A DNA stretch of 39,678 nt from an uncultured Alphaproteobacteria bacterium (GCA_902535885.1 CACAVG010000003.1:1-39678); one strand, 5' to 3'; counted from the stretch's first letter, positions 20,824-30,729 are shown. Program-made: numbers and translations. The notes: generated from the letters alone by a model not told the origin.

Positions 20824-21612
20824 TTAATAAGCGCTAGTAATATCAGATTCAGTATCTACATCTTTCAATTCTTTTAATAAGCTTTCAGCATGTGATGTCA
20901 TCATTCTAAAATCAGAAAGTAAGGTAGTAAATTGAAAACCGTATTCCATCATTTCTTTCATATACTTAACCGACCCATTATGAATACCAGCAATTTTTCC
21001 TTTTTCTTTAGCTTTTTTTGCAATCATTTTAATATTTGAAAATACTGGATCTTCTCGAACATCAAATTTAGGTGGTAAACCATAAGATGAACTCATGTCC
21101 GCAGGCCCAATATAAATACCAGTTAAGCTTGGAACCGAAAGAATAGCATCTAAATTTTCTACAGCTTCCTTTGTTTCAATCATCGCCAAACTTACTATAT
21201 TTTTATTTGCGTGCAGATAGTAGTCTGACCCATAAGCAACTTGTGCTCTCATTGGACCAAAACTTCTTTGACCAATAGGGGGGTAATAACAATATGAAAC
21301 AAATTTTTCGCAGTCCTCTTTTGTATTAATCATTGGTGCAATAATACCCTGAACTCCAAGGTCTAACATTTTCATAATAATTCCAGGCTCATTCCAAGGA
21401 ACTCTTGTCATCGGAACAGTGTCACTATTTGATAATCCCTGAACCATCGCAACGGCAGTTGAATAGTCATTTTGACCATGTTGCATATCAATTGTAACAG
21501 AATCCCATCCCATTTTTCCAAATGCTTCTGCTGTAAAAGAATTAGGTATAGATAGCCAAGCGTTGACTGATGCTTCGCCTTTATTCCATATTTGAAATAA
21601 CTTGTTTTTCAT
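20824..21612 (-). CDS. HpcH/HpaI family class II pyruvate aldolase
   Basis: IDMQHG, RVPWNEP, IIAPMIN, MIET, IGPADMS. Confidence 0.92.
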   Translation of the reverse strand: MKNKLFQIWNKGEASVNAWLSIPNSFTAEAFGKMGWDSVTIDMQHGQNDYSTAVAMVQGLSNSDTVPMTRVPWNEPGIIMKMLDLGVQGIIAPMINTKEDCEKFVSYCYYPPIGQRSFGPMRAQVAYGSDYYLHANKNIVSLAMIETKEAVENLDAILSVPSLTGIYIGPADMSSSYGLPPKFDVREDPVFSNIKMIAKKAKEKGKIAGIHNGSVKYMKEMMEYGFQFTTLLSDFRMMTSHAESLLKELKDVDTESDITSAY

Positions 21613-21762
21613 GAAAAAATTACCTTAATATTATTTTCATTAAATTACTATTAAAAATAAGTTCTAATTAATTTAATTATTACCTAGATACTATTGGTTG
21701 ATATATATTAACTTGAAGTGATACCGAATTTCATTAAGGTATAACTATTAAATGGAGGAATT

Positions 21763-23091
21763 ATGATAAAAACAATAATAAGTTTTGTTTCTGCAATAAT
21801 CTTATCGGTTTCCTTTTCTGCATTTTCAAAAACCAAAGTTACTTGGTCTATGGAATCAAATGCTGATAGAGATCCTATATTTTTAGAAAAGTTACAAAAT
21901 GCTTATAATAGTGCTCAAGATAAGTATGAATTAGAAATTCAATTTGAGCCAAATGAAACACGTATAGAATCATTACGTACATCAATGTTAGCTGGCATGG
22001 GTCCTGATATTGTTGAAACACCTGGTCCTTCTTATGTAAAAGAATATCAAGAAGCAGGCATGTTGGAAAATCTTGATTCATATGCTGCTGAATTTGGATG
22101 GAAAGATAAATTAATTCCATGGGCATATAGTTCAGGAGTTTTTGATGGAAGTTTATATGCTATTCCTAAAACTCATGAATCAATGGTAATGCTTTATAAC
22201 AAAACTCTTTTTGAAGAAAATGGATGGAAAGTTCCAACTACATTAGAAGAGTTAGAAGATGTAGCTGGCAAAATTAAAGCTAAAGGAATGGATGTTTACA
22301 CATACGGTTCTTCTGGTTGGCAACCAACCCACGAACATTTAGTTGGAATTTATTTAAACAATTATGCTGGTCCTCAAGCTGTTTACGAAGCAATTACTGG
22401 TGAAAGAGAATGGACCGATCCAGTATTCATTGAGGCTTTAGAACTTCTTAAAAGACATATGGTTGATGAAGGCTGGTGGTCTGGTAGTTTAGAAAACTAC
22501 TATGCTATTGGATGGGATGATTTCCATGCACAATTTGCTACTCGTGGAGCAGCCATGATGACAATTGGAACTTGGACATTCCAAGCAACAAGTTTAGGTA
22601 TCGGTCAATCTGGTGATGAATGGGGCTGGGCTCCTTTACCATCTCTATCATCTAATTCAGGTGGACCAAACTTTATGATTGCAATTGGCACTACAATGTC
22701 AGTAAATGCTGCCGCAAAAAATAAAGATGGTGCAATTGATGTTTTAAATTGGATTATGTCTAATAAAGATGTCGTAATTGATATTGCTAGTGACTTCCAA
22801 TTTGGAGAGTTCGTAGTACCACTGTTACTTGATGATAGTGATATTCCTAGCACAATATCTCCTCAAGTAACTAGTTACTTAAATGAGTACGCTAGAATTA
22901 CAGGAGAGGGTAATTATGGATATTGTACATGGACTTTTTGGCCAGCTGAGCCAGGAGTTCATATTTGGAAAGATATGGAGGTTGTATGGGCAGGTGATAT
23001 ATCTGTAGAAGACTTCATGTATGATCATCAGAAAATGTGGGATAAGGCAAGAAAGAAAAATGAAACATTGCCTGTTCCATTAAGAGACTGA
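21763..23091 (+). CDS. Carbohydrate ABC transporter substrate-binding protein (family 1)
   Basis: RBS ggagga, signal peptide, GPDIV, LYAIP...MLYNKTLFEENGWKVPTTLEEL. Confidence 0.92.
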   Translation: MIKTIISFVSAIILSVSFSAFSKTKVTWSMESNADRDPIFLEKLQNAYNSAQDKYELEIQFEPNETRIESLRTSMLAGMGPDIVETPGPSYVKEYQEAGMLENLDSYAAEFGWKDKLIPWAYSSGVFDGSLYAIPKTHESMVMLYNKTLFEENGWKVPTTLEELEDVAGKIKAKGMDVYTYGSSGWQPTHEHLVGIYLNNYAGPQAVYEAITGEREWTDPVFIEALELLKRHMVDEGWWSGSLENYYAIGWDDFHAQFATRGAAMMTIGTWTFQATSLGIGQSGDEWGWAPLPSLSSNSGGPNFMIAIGTTMSVNAAAKNKDGAIDVLNWIMSNKDVVIDIASDFQFGEFVVPLLLDDSDIPSTISPQVTSYLNEYARITGEGNYGYCTWTFWPAEPGVHIWKDMEVVWAGDISVEDFMYDHQKMWDKARKKNETLPVPLRD

Positions 23092-23101
23092 TATATATTT
23101 T

Positions 23102-23132
23102 AAAAACGAAGCTCAAAGAGCTTCGTTTTTTT
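23102..23132 (+). terminator. Intrinsic terminator-like stem-loop after the binding-protein gene
   Basis: AAAAACGAAGCTC-AAA-GAGCTTCGTTTTT followed by further Ts. Confidence 0.8.
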
Positions 23133-23157
23133 ATAATTTTCTTTTAAATATAATTTA

Positions 23158-24033
23158 ATGAATTTTTTATCTAAGAAAAGTTACATTGCTTGGTATTTTG
23201 TAATACCAGTAGTATTTATTCATTTATTTGTAATTGGTATTCCATCTATTTTAAGCCTTGCATTATGTCTTACCGATTGGAGTGGATTAGGTAAAATAAA
23301 TTACGTTGGTTTTGAAAACTTTATAGAACTCTTTGATGATAGATATTTTAAAAAAGCTATTTTCCATAATATTTTATGGACAATTATTTTTTTAACTGTT
23401 CCAGTTTGTATAGCACTTATGTGTGCTTATTTACTTACTGGAATTAAACGTGGCCAAATGTTTTATCGTTTAGCCTTCTTTTTTCCTTATATGCTTGCAA
23501 GTGTAGTTAATTGTCAAATTTGGAAATATCTTTTTCATCCTATTCATGGATTAGGCGGTTTTTTTGAGTCTATAGGAATAGAAGCTTTAGCCTCTTCTCC
23601 TTTTACCACAAAAGAAACTTCACTTTATGCTGCTGCATTTGTGGATGGATGGCATTTTTGGGGATTTTTAGTCGTGATATATTTAACTGGAATGTATCAA
23701 GTTGATAATCATTTATATGAAGCAGCCGATATAGAAGGTGCCAGTAAGTTTCAAAAATTTAGGTACATAACCTTACCTATGATTAGACCGATTTTTATTT
23801 TTAGCCTTATGATAATAATTATTTGGTCTGTACCTGTATTTGATTATGTTTATATTTTAACTGGGGGTGGACCAGCTTACAGCTCAGAAGTTGTTGCTAA
23901 CTATCTTTATACTCATGCCTTTGTAAGGTTCAATGTAGGCTATGCATCTGCAGTTGGAACTTTAATGTTTATCTATGTAATATTTATTGTTGGAATATTT
24001 GGTCTTTTAAGAAAATTAGGGTGGGAAATATAA
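23158..24033 (+). CDS. Carbohydrate ABC transporter permease (MalF-type)
   Basis: VGFENF, LYEAADIEGAS, VYILTGGGP, GYASAVG. Confidence 0.94.
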   Translation: MNFLSKKSYIAWYFVIPVVFIHLFVIGIPSILSLALCLTDWSGLGKINYVGFENFIELFDDRYFKKAIFHNILWTIIFLTVPVCIALMCAYLLTGIKRGQMFYRLAFFFPYMLASVVNCQIWKYLFHPIHGLGGFFESIGIEALASSPFTTKETSLYAAAFVDGWHFWGFLVVIYLTGMYQVDNHLYEAADIEGASKFQKFRYITLPMIRPIFIFSLMIIIIWSVPVFDYVYILTGGGPAYSSEVVANYLYTHAFVRFNVGYASAVGTLMFIYVIFIVGIFGLLRKLGWEI

Positions 24034-24870
24034 ATGTTAGTATCAAATTTTAGAAGAAAAGAAGCAATACCAAATCATTTTATATTAATTTTATTTGCGC
24101 TTTTAGCTGTATTACCAATTTTAGTTTTATTTTTTAATTCTATTAAACCTTTTAGTGAGTTTGGCTTAAATCCTTTAGGTCCTCCATCTGAAATTAGGTT
24201 ACAAAATTTTCCAGATGCGTGGATTGCTGGAGAATATACAAAAATTTTTTTTAACTCAGCAAAACTTGTTTTTGGATCTGTTATTTTATGTTTAGCTGTC
24301 TCTTTACTGGCAGGATTTAGTTTAGCAAAATTAAATCCGAAAGGATCAACTGTTATCGCAATATATTTATTAGTTGGCATCAGTATACCTGCTCAACTTT
24401 ATATACTCCCTTTATTTCTACTATGGAAAGAGTTAAGTTTATTAAATACACATGTTGGATTAATAATAATATACTCTGCATTAAATGCTCCTTTCGCAAC
24501 ATTTTTAATTAGATCTTATATGATTAGACTGCCAGATGAATTATTTGATGCTGCAAAACTTGATGGCGCGAATACATTTCAAATTTTCTTTAGAATAGCA
24601 TTACCATTATCATGGCCTGTTATATTAACTGCTGGATTAATAATTGGATTAGCAGTTTGGAATGAATTTTTATTTGCGCTTACCTTTATAACGGATCCAA
24701 ATTTTAAGCCAATGGCTACAATTCTATTTTCATTTCAAGCTAGATTTGAAAATAATTATGCTTTACAAAGTGCTGCAGCAATCATGATGGTGGCACCAAT
24801 AGCTATTTTATTTATGTTGTTCCAAAGAAGGTTTATTTCAGGACTAACAAGTGGAGGCTTAAAAGAATAA
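24034..24870 (+). CDS. Carbohydrate ABC transporter permease (MalG-type)
   Basis: LPDELFDAAKLDGAN, VWNEFLFA, FQRRFISGLTSGGLKE. Confidence 0.94.
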   Translation: MLVSNFRRKEAIPNHFILILFALLAVLPILVLFFNSIKPFSEFGLNPLGPPSEIRLQNFPDAWIAGEYTKIFFNSAKLVFGSVILCLAVSLLAGFSLAKLNPKGSTVIAIYLLVGISIPAQLYILPLFLLWKELSLLNTHVGLIIIYSALNAPFATFLIRSYMIRLPDELFDAAKLDGANTFQIFFRIALPLSWPVILTAGLIIGLAVWNEFLFALTFITDPNFKPMATILFSFQARFENNYALQSAAAIMMVAPIAILFMLFQRRFISGLTSGGLKE

Positions 24871-27032
24871 TGACTTTTAAATTAGATAAAAGTTTTGAGG
24901 AAAAAGTTTACGCAGGTGTATTGGGTAAAATAATTGGTGTATTTCTCGGACGTCCATTCGAAGGTTGGTCTTATGAAAGAATAATGAAGGAATTGGGACC
25001 TATTAATTATTATGTAAATGAGAAATTAGATTTCCCGTTACCTGTCTCTGATGATGACATTACTGGCACATTTACCTTTTTACGTGCTTTTAGAGAATGC
25101 AATTACAACAAAAATATAACCGCTAAAGATATAGGAAAAACTTGGTTAAATAATATTATTGAGGATAAAACTATACTTTGGTGGGGTGGAAAAGGACACT
25201 CAGCAGAGGATACAGCTTTTCAAAATTTAAAACAGGGTATCGATGCTCCGGACAGTGGTTCAATTAAAACTAATGGTAAGGTAATTGCTGAACAAATAGG
25301 GGCTCAAATTTTTATTGACGGTTGGGCCATGGTAGCACCTGGTGATCCAGAAAGAGCAGTTCATTATGCAAAACTTGCTGCAAGTGTTAGTCATGATGGA
25401 GAGGCAATTTATGGAGCACAAGTTGTAGCTGCTCTAGAGTCAATGGCCTTTGTTGAAAGTGATTTAACAAAGTTAGTTGAGCAAGCTAAAAAATTTATCC
25501 CAGATAATTCAGTAATATTTAGATTAATATCTGACATACAAGAATGGCGATCCGGAAATTTAGGTTGGGAACAAGCAAGAGAAAAAATTGCTGAGAATTA
25601 TGGATATGATAAATATTTAGGTAACTGTCATATGGTACCTAATCATGCTTTAATTATTATGGCTTTATTATTTGGAGATGATGATTTTCAAAAAACTATG
25701 ATGATTGTGAATACAGCAGGTTGGGATACAGATTGTAATTCAGGAAATGTTGGTTGTATTTTAGGAATTAAAAATGGAATAGAAGGACTTAAATCAGGTC
25801 CTGATTATTTATCTCCTATAAATGATATTTTATATTGCCCCTCTGCATCAGGAGGTGAAACTCTTACTGATGCACTGACAGAAACCTACAAAATAATTAA
25901 TACAACTAGAAAAATTAATGGTTTAGAAGAAAATTTACCTAAAAATGGAGCTAGATTTCATTTTGATATTAAAGATTCAACACAAGGTTGGCGAACTAGA
26001 GTTGGAAATAAGTTTTGTGAAACAAAAATCAGTAATGTTGAATACAAATCTGCATTAGGTGAAAGAGGTTTAAAAATTGAATATAAAAATTTTTCAGAAG
26101 GTTTAACTTCGGAAGTTTATGTAGAAACATTTTTTCCTGAGGTTATTTTAGACTTGAAAGGAAAAAAAAGAAATGATTTTTTTCATTACGATTATATTTC
26201 TTGTCCAACTATTTTTCCAGGTCAGAAAATAACTTTAGAAATAGAAAATATATCTTCTCATGAAATTTCAATTACCTTGTTTTCAAAATATTGGGGTGAA
26301 AATGATAAGCTTCAAAAAAATTCTTCAAATATTTTTAAGATAAGTGGAAATGAAAAAAAACAAATATCATGGGATGTGCCTGACTCTGACTCAAATCCCA
26401 TAGGTCAAGTTGGCTTTAATATTTCATCGAATGAAAAAAAAGAAGGAGAAATTATTCTTAACTTTATGAATTTTGAAGGAGAACCAAAACAGATATTTAA
26501 AAGACCTGATCACGTAGATAATTATAAAAGAGGTAAAGAAAAAAAAGAAGGCTACTATGGCGAAATTTGGAGAAATGCTTGGGTTCAATCATTAGACAAA
26601 TGGGAGAAGAGAGGTAAAAACTTTAGAATTTGCCAAAATAAGGGTAGAGGAATTTTATTTACTGGAACAGATTTATGGAAAAATTATTCAATTGCATCAA
26701 ATATAATGTTGCAGTCTAGCAACTCTGGAGGAGTAGTATCAAGAGTTCAAGGTGTAAATAAGTACTACACCTTTGAAATTTGTAAAGGGAATAAGTTACG
26801 TATTGGAAAGATGAATAATGATTTTCACATATTAAAAGAAGAAGAATATGAAGTAGAATTTTTTAAAGAATATAAATTAAAAATGACAGTAATAAAAAAT
26901 AAAATTATTGGATACATTAATGATAAAGCTATTATTGAAGTAGAGGATGGTGACTCTCCTTTTCTTAAAGGTGGAGCAGGTTTAGTTGTTGATAATGGCA
27001 CTTTAGTAACAGAACAGATAATCTTAAATTAA
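24870..27032 (+). CDS. ADP-ribosylglycohydrolase-family protein with long beta-rich C-terminal region
   Basis: VYAGVLGKIIG...GRPFEG, SDDD, ASVSHDGE and GWDTDCN metal-binding motifs in the first ~340 aa; 720 aa in total. Confidence 0.88.
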   Translation: MTFKLDKSFEEKVYAGVLGKIIGVFLGRPFEGWSYERIMKELGPINYYVNEKLDFPLPVSDDDITGTFTFLRAFRECNYNKNITAKDIGKTWLNNIIEDKTILWWGGKGHSAEDTAFQNLKQGIDAPDSGSIKTNGKVIAEQIGAQIFIDGWAMVAPGDPERAVHYAKLAASVSHDGEAIYGAQVVAALESMAFVESDLTKLVEQAKKFIPDNSVIFRLISDIQEWRSGNLGWEQAREKIAENYGYDKYLGNCHMVPNHALIIMALLFGDDDFQKTMMIVNTAGWDTDCNSGNVGCILGIKNGIEGLKSGPDYLSPINDILYCPSASGGETLTDALTETYKIINTTRKINGLEENLPKNGARFHFDIKDSTQGWRTRVGNKFCETKISNVEYKSALGERGLKIEYKNFSEGLTSEVYVETFFPEVILDLKGKKRNDFFHYDYISCPTIFPGQKITLEIENISSHEISITLFSKYWGENDKLQKNSSNIFKISGNEKKQISWDVPDSDSNPIGQVGFNISSNEKKEGEIILNFMNFEGEPKQIFKRPDHVDNYKRGKEKKEGYYGEIWRNAWVQSLDKWEKRGKNFRICQNKGRGILFTGTDLWKNYSIASNIMLQSSNSGGVVSRVQGVNKYYTFEICKGNKLRIGKMNNDFHILKEEEYEVEFFKEYKLKMTVIKNKIIGYINDKAIIEVEDGDSPFLKGGAGLVVDNGTLVTEQIILN

Positions 27033-27035
27033 AAG

Positions 27036-28019
27036 ATGAAATATAGAAAATTTGGTTCTTTGGATTGGGATGTATCTGAAATAGGTTTAGGCTGTTGGCA
27101 GATTGGTGCTGATTGGGGTAATGTAAGTGAAGAGAAGGCAAATGAAGTATTAAAATCATCATTTGAAAATGGAGTAAATTTTTTAGATACAGCAGATGTT
27201 TATGGTGATGGCAGAAGTGAAAAATTTGTAGGAAATTTTATAAATTCTATTTCAGATAGAATCTATGTTGCAACAAAAGCTGGTAGACGTATTAATCCAC
27301 ATACTGCAAATGGATATTATGATAAAAAATTAATGGAGTCTTTTGTAGATCGATCTTTATTAAATCTAAACATTGAAACGATTGATCTTTTACAAATGCA
27401 TTGTCCACCAACAGAAGTTTATTCATCAGGTCAAACCTTTGAAATGTTAGATTATTTAGTAGTCAAAGGAAAAATACAAAATTATGGGTTTAGTGTTGAA
27501 ACAGTAGATCAAGCTTTAGAATGCATAAAGAATCCTAATACAAAATCAATTCAAGTTATCTTTAATATTTTTAGACAAAAACCTGCAGAAGAATTATTTA
27601 AAATTGCAAAAGAAAAAAAAGTAGCAATCATTGCTAGAGTACCTCTTGCTAGTGGTTTGTTATCAGGAAAATTTGATAAAAATTCTTCCTTTGCTCCTGA
27701 TGATCATCGAAATTATAATATTAATGGTGATGCATTTGATGTTGGTGAAACATTCTCTGGAGTCAATTATTCAAAAGCTTTGGAAGCAGTTGAAGAACTT
27801 AAAAATATTATTCCAAGTGAAATAACTCTTTCTCAATTATCTCTTAAATGGATTTTAATGCATGAAGCTGTGAGTGTTGTTATTCCGGGTGCAAAAAATA
27901 GAGAACATGTAAATCAAAATACTGCCTCTAGTGAAGTTAAAGACATTTCTTCTTTAATGGATGAGATAAATGATATCTACACAAAATATTTCTTTGATGA
28001 TGTACATCATCGTTGGTAA
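27036..28019 (+). CDS. Aldo/keto reductase
   Basis: VSEIGLGCW, DTADVYGDGRSE, VATK, IDLLQMH, PLASGLLSGK, VIPGAK. Confidence 0.95.
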   Translation: MKYRKFGSLDWDVSEIGLGCWQIGADWGNVSEEKANEVLKSSFENGVNFLDTADVYGDGRSEKFVGNFINSISDRIYVATKAGRRINPHTANGYYDKKLMESFVDRSLLNLNIETIDLLQMHCPPTEVYSSGQTFEMLDYLVVKGKIQNYGFSVETVDQALECIKNPNTKSIQVIFNIFRQKPAEELFKIAKEKKVAIIARVPLASGLLSGKFDKNSSFAPDDHRNYNINGDAFDVGETFSGVNYSKALEAVEELKNIIPSEITLSQLSLKWILMHEAVSVVIPGAKNREHVNQNTASSEVKDISSLMDEINDIYTKYFFDDVHHRW

Positions 28020-29173
28020 TAATTTTTGTGTTAGAAGAAACTAAGATATTTAAAAGGGCAACTCTTGCATCAATAATAACATCAACTTATCCTATGATCG
28101 TCGTAGGATGTTACTTTGGAGTTACCCCTTGGAATATGAATAGGTTATCAATTGATGAAACTGATTTGAGTTTTTCAATATTAATTTTTGGGATTTTTTT
28201 TGTATTATCAAACCAAATTGCTGGAAGAATATTAGTTCCAAAATATGGAACAAAGCCAGTAATGTCAGTAGCTTTTCCACTTATTACTTTTTCAGCTTTA
28301 CTATCAATTATATCTCCTTCATATTTTTATTTTTTATTAACTTTTATTCCAGCTGGAGTTGGATGGGGTGCTTCTGGACCAATTGGAGGAATACATTGCC
28401 AATTAATTGAACAGCATTTTAAGAAAATTATTACTCCTTATTATGCGATGGGTTTCAACATCGGTATTCTTGCCGGTGGAGGATTAGCTAGTATAATTAT
28501 GTGGTATAGCTTTGAGCCTTTTATGTTTTTTCTTGTTTTATCTTTTTTTTCAATTTTAGTTGCATTTATAGTTCTTCATCTGGGATTACCTAGTAATTTA
28601 GACTTTAAAGGCAAAGGTGAAAAATTTAAAATTCCCGAATCAAATGTCCTTATATTTGGCTTCTTATTATTTTTTGTTTTTGGTTCTGGTGGTATAATTA
28701 TGGATTGGTCAACATTATGGCTGTCAAAGGATTTAAATGCCCCTCTTTATCTTGCAAGTATGGGATTAATATTTTTTAGTATTGGCGGTATTTTAGCTAA
28801 TTTATTCTCTAACACATTAATTAATTTATTTACTGAAAAAGTTGTAGGATGTCATTTTGTAATGATTGGAGCATCAATAATGTTGTTGTCTTTATTAACA
28901 AACAATTTTTATATTATACTAGGAGTCTTATGTATTTATGGATTTGCTATAGCAAACTTGGTTCCTATAGTTATTCGTCAAGCTGTTAAGCAGTCTAACG
29001 AAAGTATTCCTATGACTGTAACAAATCTGATAACTATTGGATTATCTTCTACAATAATTATGCCAGCAGCAATTGGTTTTCTTGCAGAAACATTTTCCCT
29101 AACTTTAAATATGTATTTACTATCTATTATTGTCTTTACTTCTGGATTTGTTTTTTTATTTAAGTTTAAATAA
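28013..29173 (+). CDS. MFS transporter (start may be GTG at 28028)
   Basis: About 12 hydrophobic segments over 386 aa; DWSTLWL-type motif in the second half. Confidence 0.8.
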   Translation: MVIIFVLEETKIFKRATLASIITSTYPMIVVGCYFGVTPWNMNRLSIDETDLSFSILIFGIFFVLSNQIAGRILVPKYGTKPVMSVAFPLITFSALLSIISPSYFYFLLTFIPAGVGWGASGPIGGIHCQLIEQHFKKIITPYYAMGFNIGILAGGGLASIIMWYSFEPFMFFLVLSFFSILVAFIVLHLGLPSNLDFKGKGEKFKIPESNVLIFGFLLFFVFGSGGIIMDWSTLWLSKDLNAPLYLASMGLIFFSIGGILANLFSNTLINLFTEKVVGCHFVMIGASIMLLSLLTNNFYIILGVLCIYGFAIANLVPIVIRQAVKQSNESIPMTVTNLITIGLSSTIIMPAAIGFLAETFSLTLNMYLLSIIVFTSGFVFLFKFK

Positions 29174-29178
29174 AATTA

Positions 29179-29985
29179 ATGAATAAATTAAAAATATCTC
29201 AAGTTCAATTTCAAGCAAGTCATATCCCAACTTTAAATGCAGAGATTCTTCAGAAAAGTTTTAATAATACATTAAAATTTAAACCTCACTTAATTTGCAC
29301 ACCAGAATGCTCGAATATTATTACCGACAATAAAAATTATTTAATTTTAAATGCCCCATATCAACATACCTGCCCAGTTTTGAAGATGGCAAAAGATTTT
29401 GCTAAGAAAAATAAAATTAATATAAATCTAGGCTCTTTACTTTTAAAAATTAAGAACAAAACCAAATTGGTTAATAGATCTTTTTTTGTTGATCATAATG
29501 GGGTAATCACAAAAACATATGATAAAATTCATATGTTTGATGTTAAAATTAATAATAACGAAAAACATCATGAATCATCTTTGTTTAAAGCAGGAAATAA
29601 AATAATTCATACTAAAATTAATAATATTAAATTAGGAATGACAATTTGTTACGATCTACGATTTCCTAATTTATACAGGCAACTTGCTAAAAAAGATTGT
29701 TCAATTATTTTAGTTCCTGCTGCTTTCACTAGACCAACTGGAAAAGATCATTGGGAGGTTTTGAATAGATCGCGAGCTATAGAGAATAATGTATTTATTG
29801 TAGCAACAGGTATGTGTGGAAATCATCATATGAAAAGAAAGACTTATGGATATTCTCTTTTAGTAGACCCCTGGGGGAACATTATAAATAGTACTAAAAA
29901 TAAACCTGCAATTCTAAACTCAACTATTAATATTCCTGATGTAAAAAAAATAAGAAAAAAAATTCCTTCTTTAAAATATGTATAA
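29179..29985 (+). CDS. Carbon-nitrogen hydrolase, Nit1/YbeM-like (deaminated glutathione amidase-like)
   Basis: Catalytic E-K-C contexts TPE, YDKIHMFDV, ICYDLRFP; AAFT..TG..HW...RSRAIEN; VDPWG. Confidence 0.9.
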   Translation: MNKLKISQVQFQASHIPTLNAEILQKSFNNTLKFKPHLICTPECSNIITDNKNYLILNAPYQHTCPVLKMAKDFAKKNKININLGSLLLKIKNKTKLVNRSFFVDHNGVITKTYDKIHMFDVKINNNEKHHESSLFKAGNKIIHTKINNIKLGMTICYDLRFPNLYRQLAKKDCSIILVPAAFTRPTGKDHWEVLNRSRAIENNVFIVATGMCGNHHMKRKTYGYSLLVDPWGNIINSTKNKPAILNSTINIPDVKKIRKKIPSLKYV

Positions 29986-30601
29986 TTTTAAATCATTAGT
30001 TTCAGGTGTTGGAAATTTAAATAAAACTAAAAAATATTATGATGATTGGTCTGAAAAATATGATGAAACACTTAAGCTATGGAATTATCAAGCACCCAAA
30101 AAAAGCATTAAATTTTTAAAAGAAACAACTAATTTTAAACCAAAAAATATCTTAGATTTAGCATGTGGGACTGGTTTATTCGGTGCTGAATTAAAAAAAG
30201 CTTATCCAAAAAGTCATATATATGGATCAGATATTTCAAAAAAAAGCTTAAAAATTTCATCAGAAAAAAAAATTTATAAAAAGTTACAAATAAAAAACTT
30301 TGAACAATTACATAATTATAAAATAAAATTTGACCTTATTTCTTTGATAGGCTCTATGACGTATTGTAAAAACTTTGATAAACTTTTTGTTAATGTTAAT
30401 AAAAATATTAAACAAAAAGGCTTTGCATTATTCACTCATAGAATTGATTTATGGCAGCAACAGGATTTTTTAAGTATTTTAAAAAAACATAGAAAGTCAT
30501 TAAAAATCATTAAAATTTCTAGACCCTTAAAGTATTTACCTTTGAACAAAGATTTCAAAAATAAAATAAAAATAAAAATTGTTTTATTACAAAAATATTA
30601 A
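29978..30601 (+). CDS. Class I SAM-dependent methyltransferase
   Basis: YDDWSEKYD, ILDLACGTGL, GSDIS. Confidence 0.9.
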   Translation: MYNFKSLVSGVGNLNKTKKYYDDWSEKYDETLKLWNYQAPKKSIKFLKETTNFKPKNILDLACGTGLFGAELKKAYPKSHIYGSDISKKSLKISSEKKIYKKLQIKNFEQLHNYKIKFDLISLIGSMTYCKNFDKLFVNVNKNIKQKGFALFTHRIDLWQQQDFLSILKKHRKSLKIIKISRPLKYLPLNKDFKNKIKIKIVLLQKY

Positions 30602-30662
30602 AAATGTAGGCTTTTTAATTAAAAAATTTGAGCCAAAACTGAGAATCGTGTATTTATTAATT

Positions 30663-30729
30663 AGGTTTATTTTCTATCCATAAACCAACGATGAAAAGAA
30701 GGGATATTCGCCGTGTCCCTTCTTTTTTT
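30663..30729 (+). ncRNA. Candidate small RNA (two hairpins) between the methyltransferase and mntR
   Basis: TTGAGC-N17-TATTTA at 30628-30656, then hairpin GGTTTAT/ATAAACC (30664-30686), then a terminator hairpin with U-tract. Confidence 0.35.
30694..30729. terminator. Intrinsic terminator, probably bidirectional, between convergent genes
   Basis: AAAAGAAGGGATAT-TCGCC-GTGTCCCTTCTTTT-TTT; two G-U pairs favour the + strand fold. Confidence 0.8.

Noticed and set aside
24870-27032. ARH as DraG or a toxin-immunity protein
   Set aside because: About twice the size of DraG, no draT, nif or toxin neighbour, and embedded in a sugar-uptake operon.
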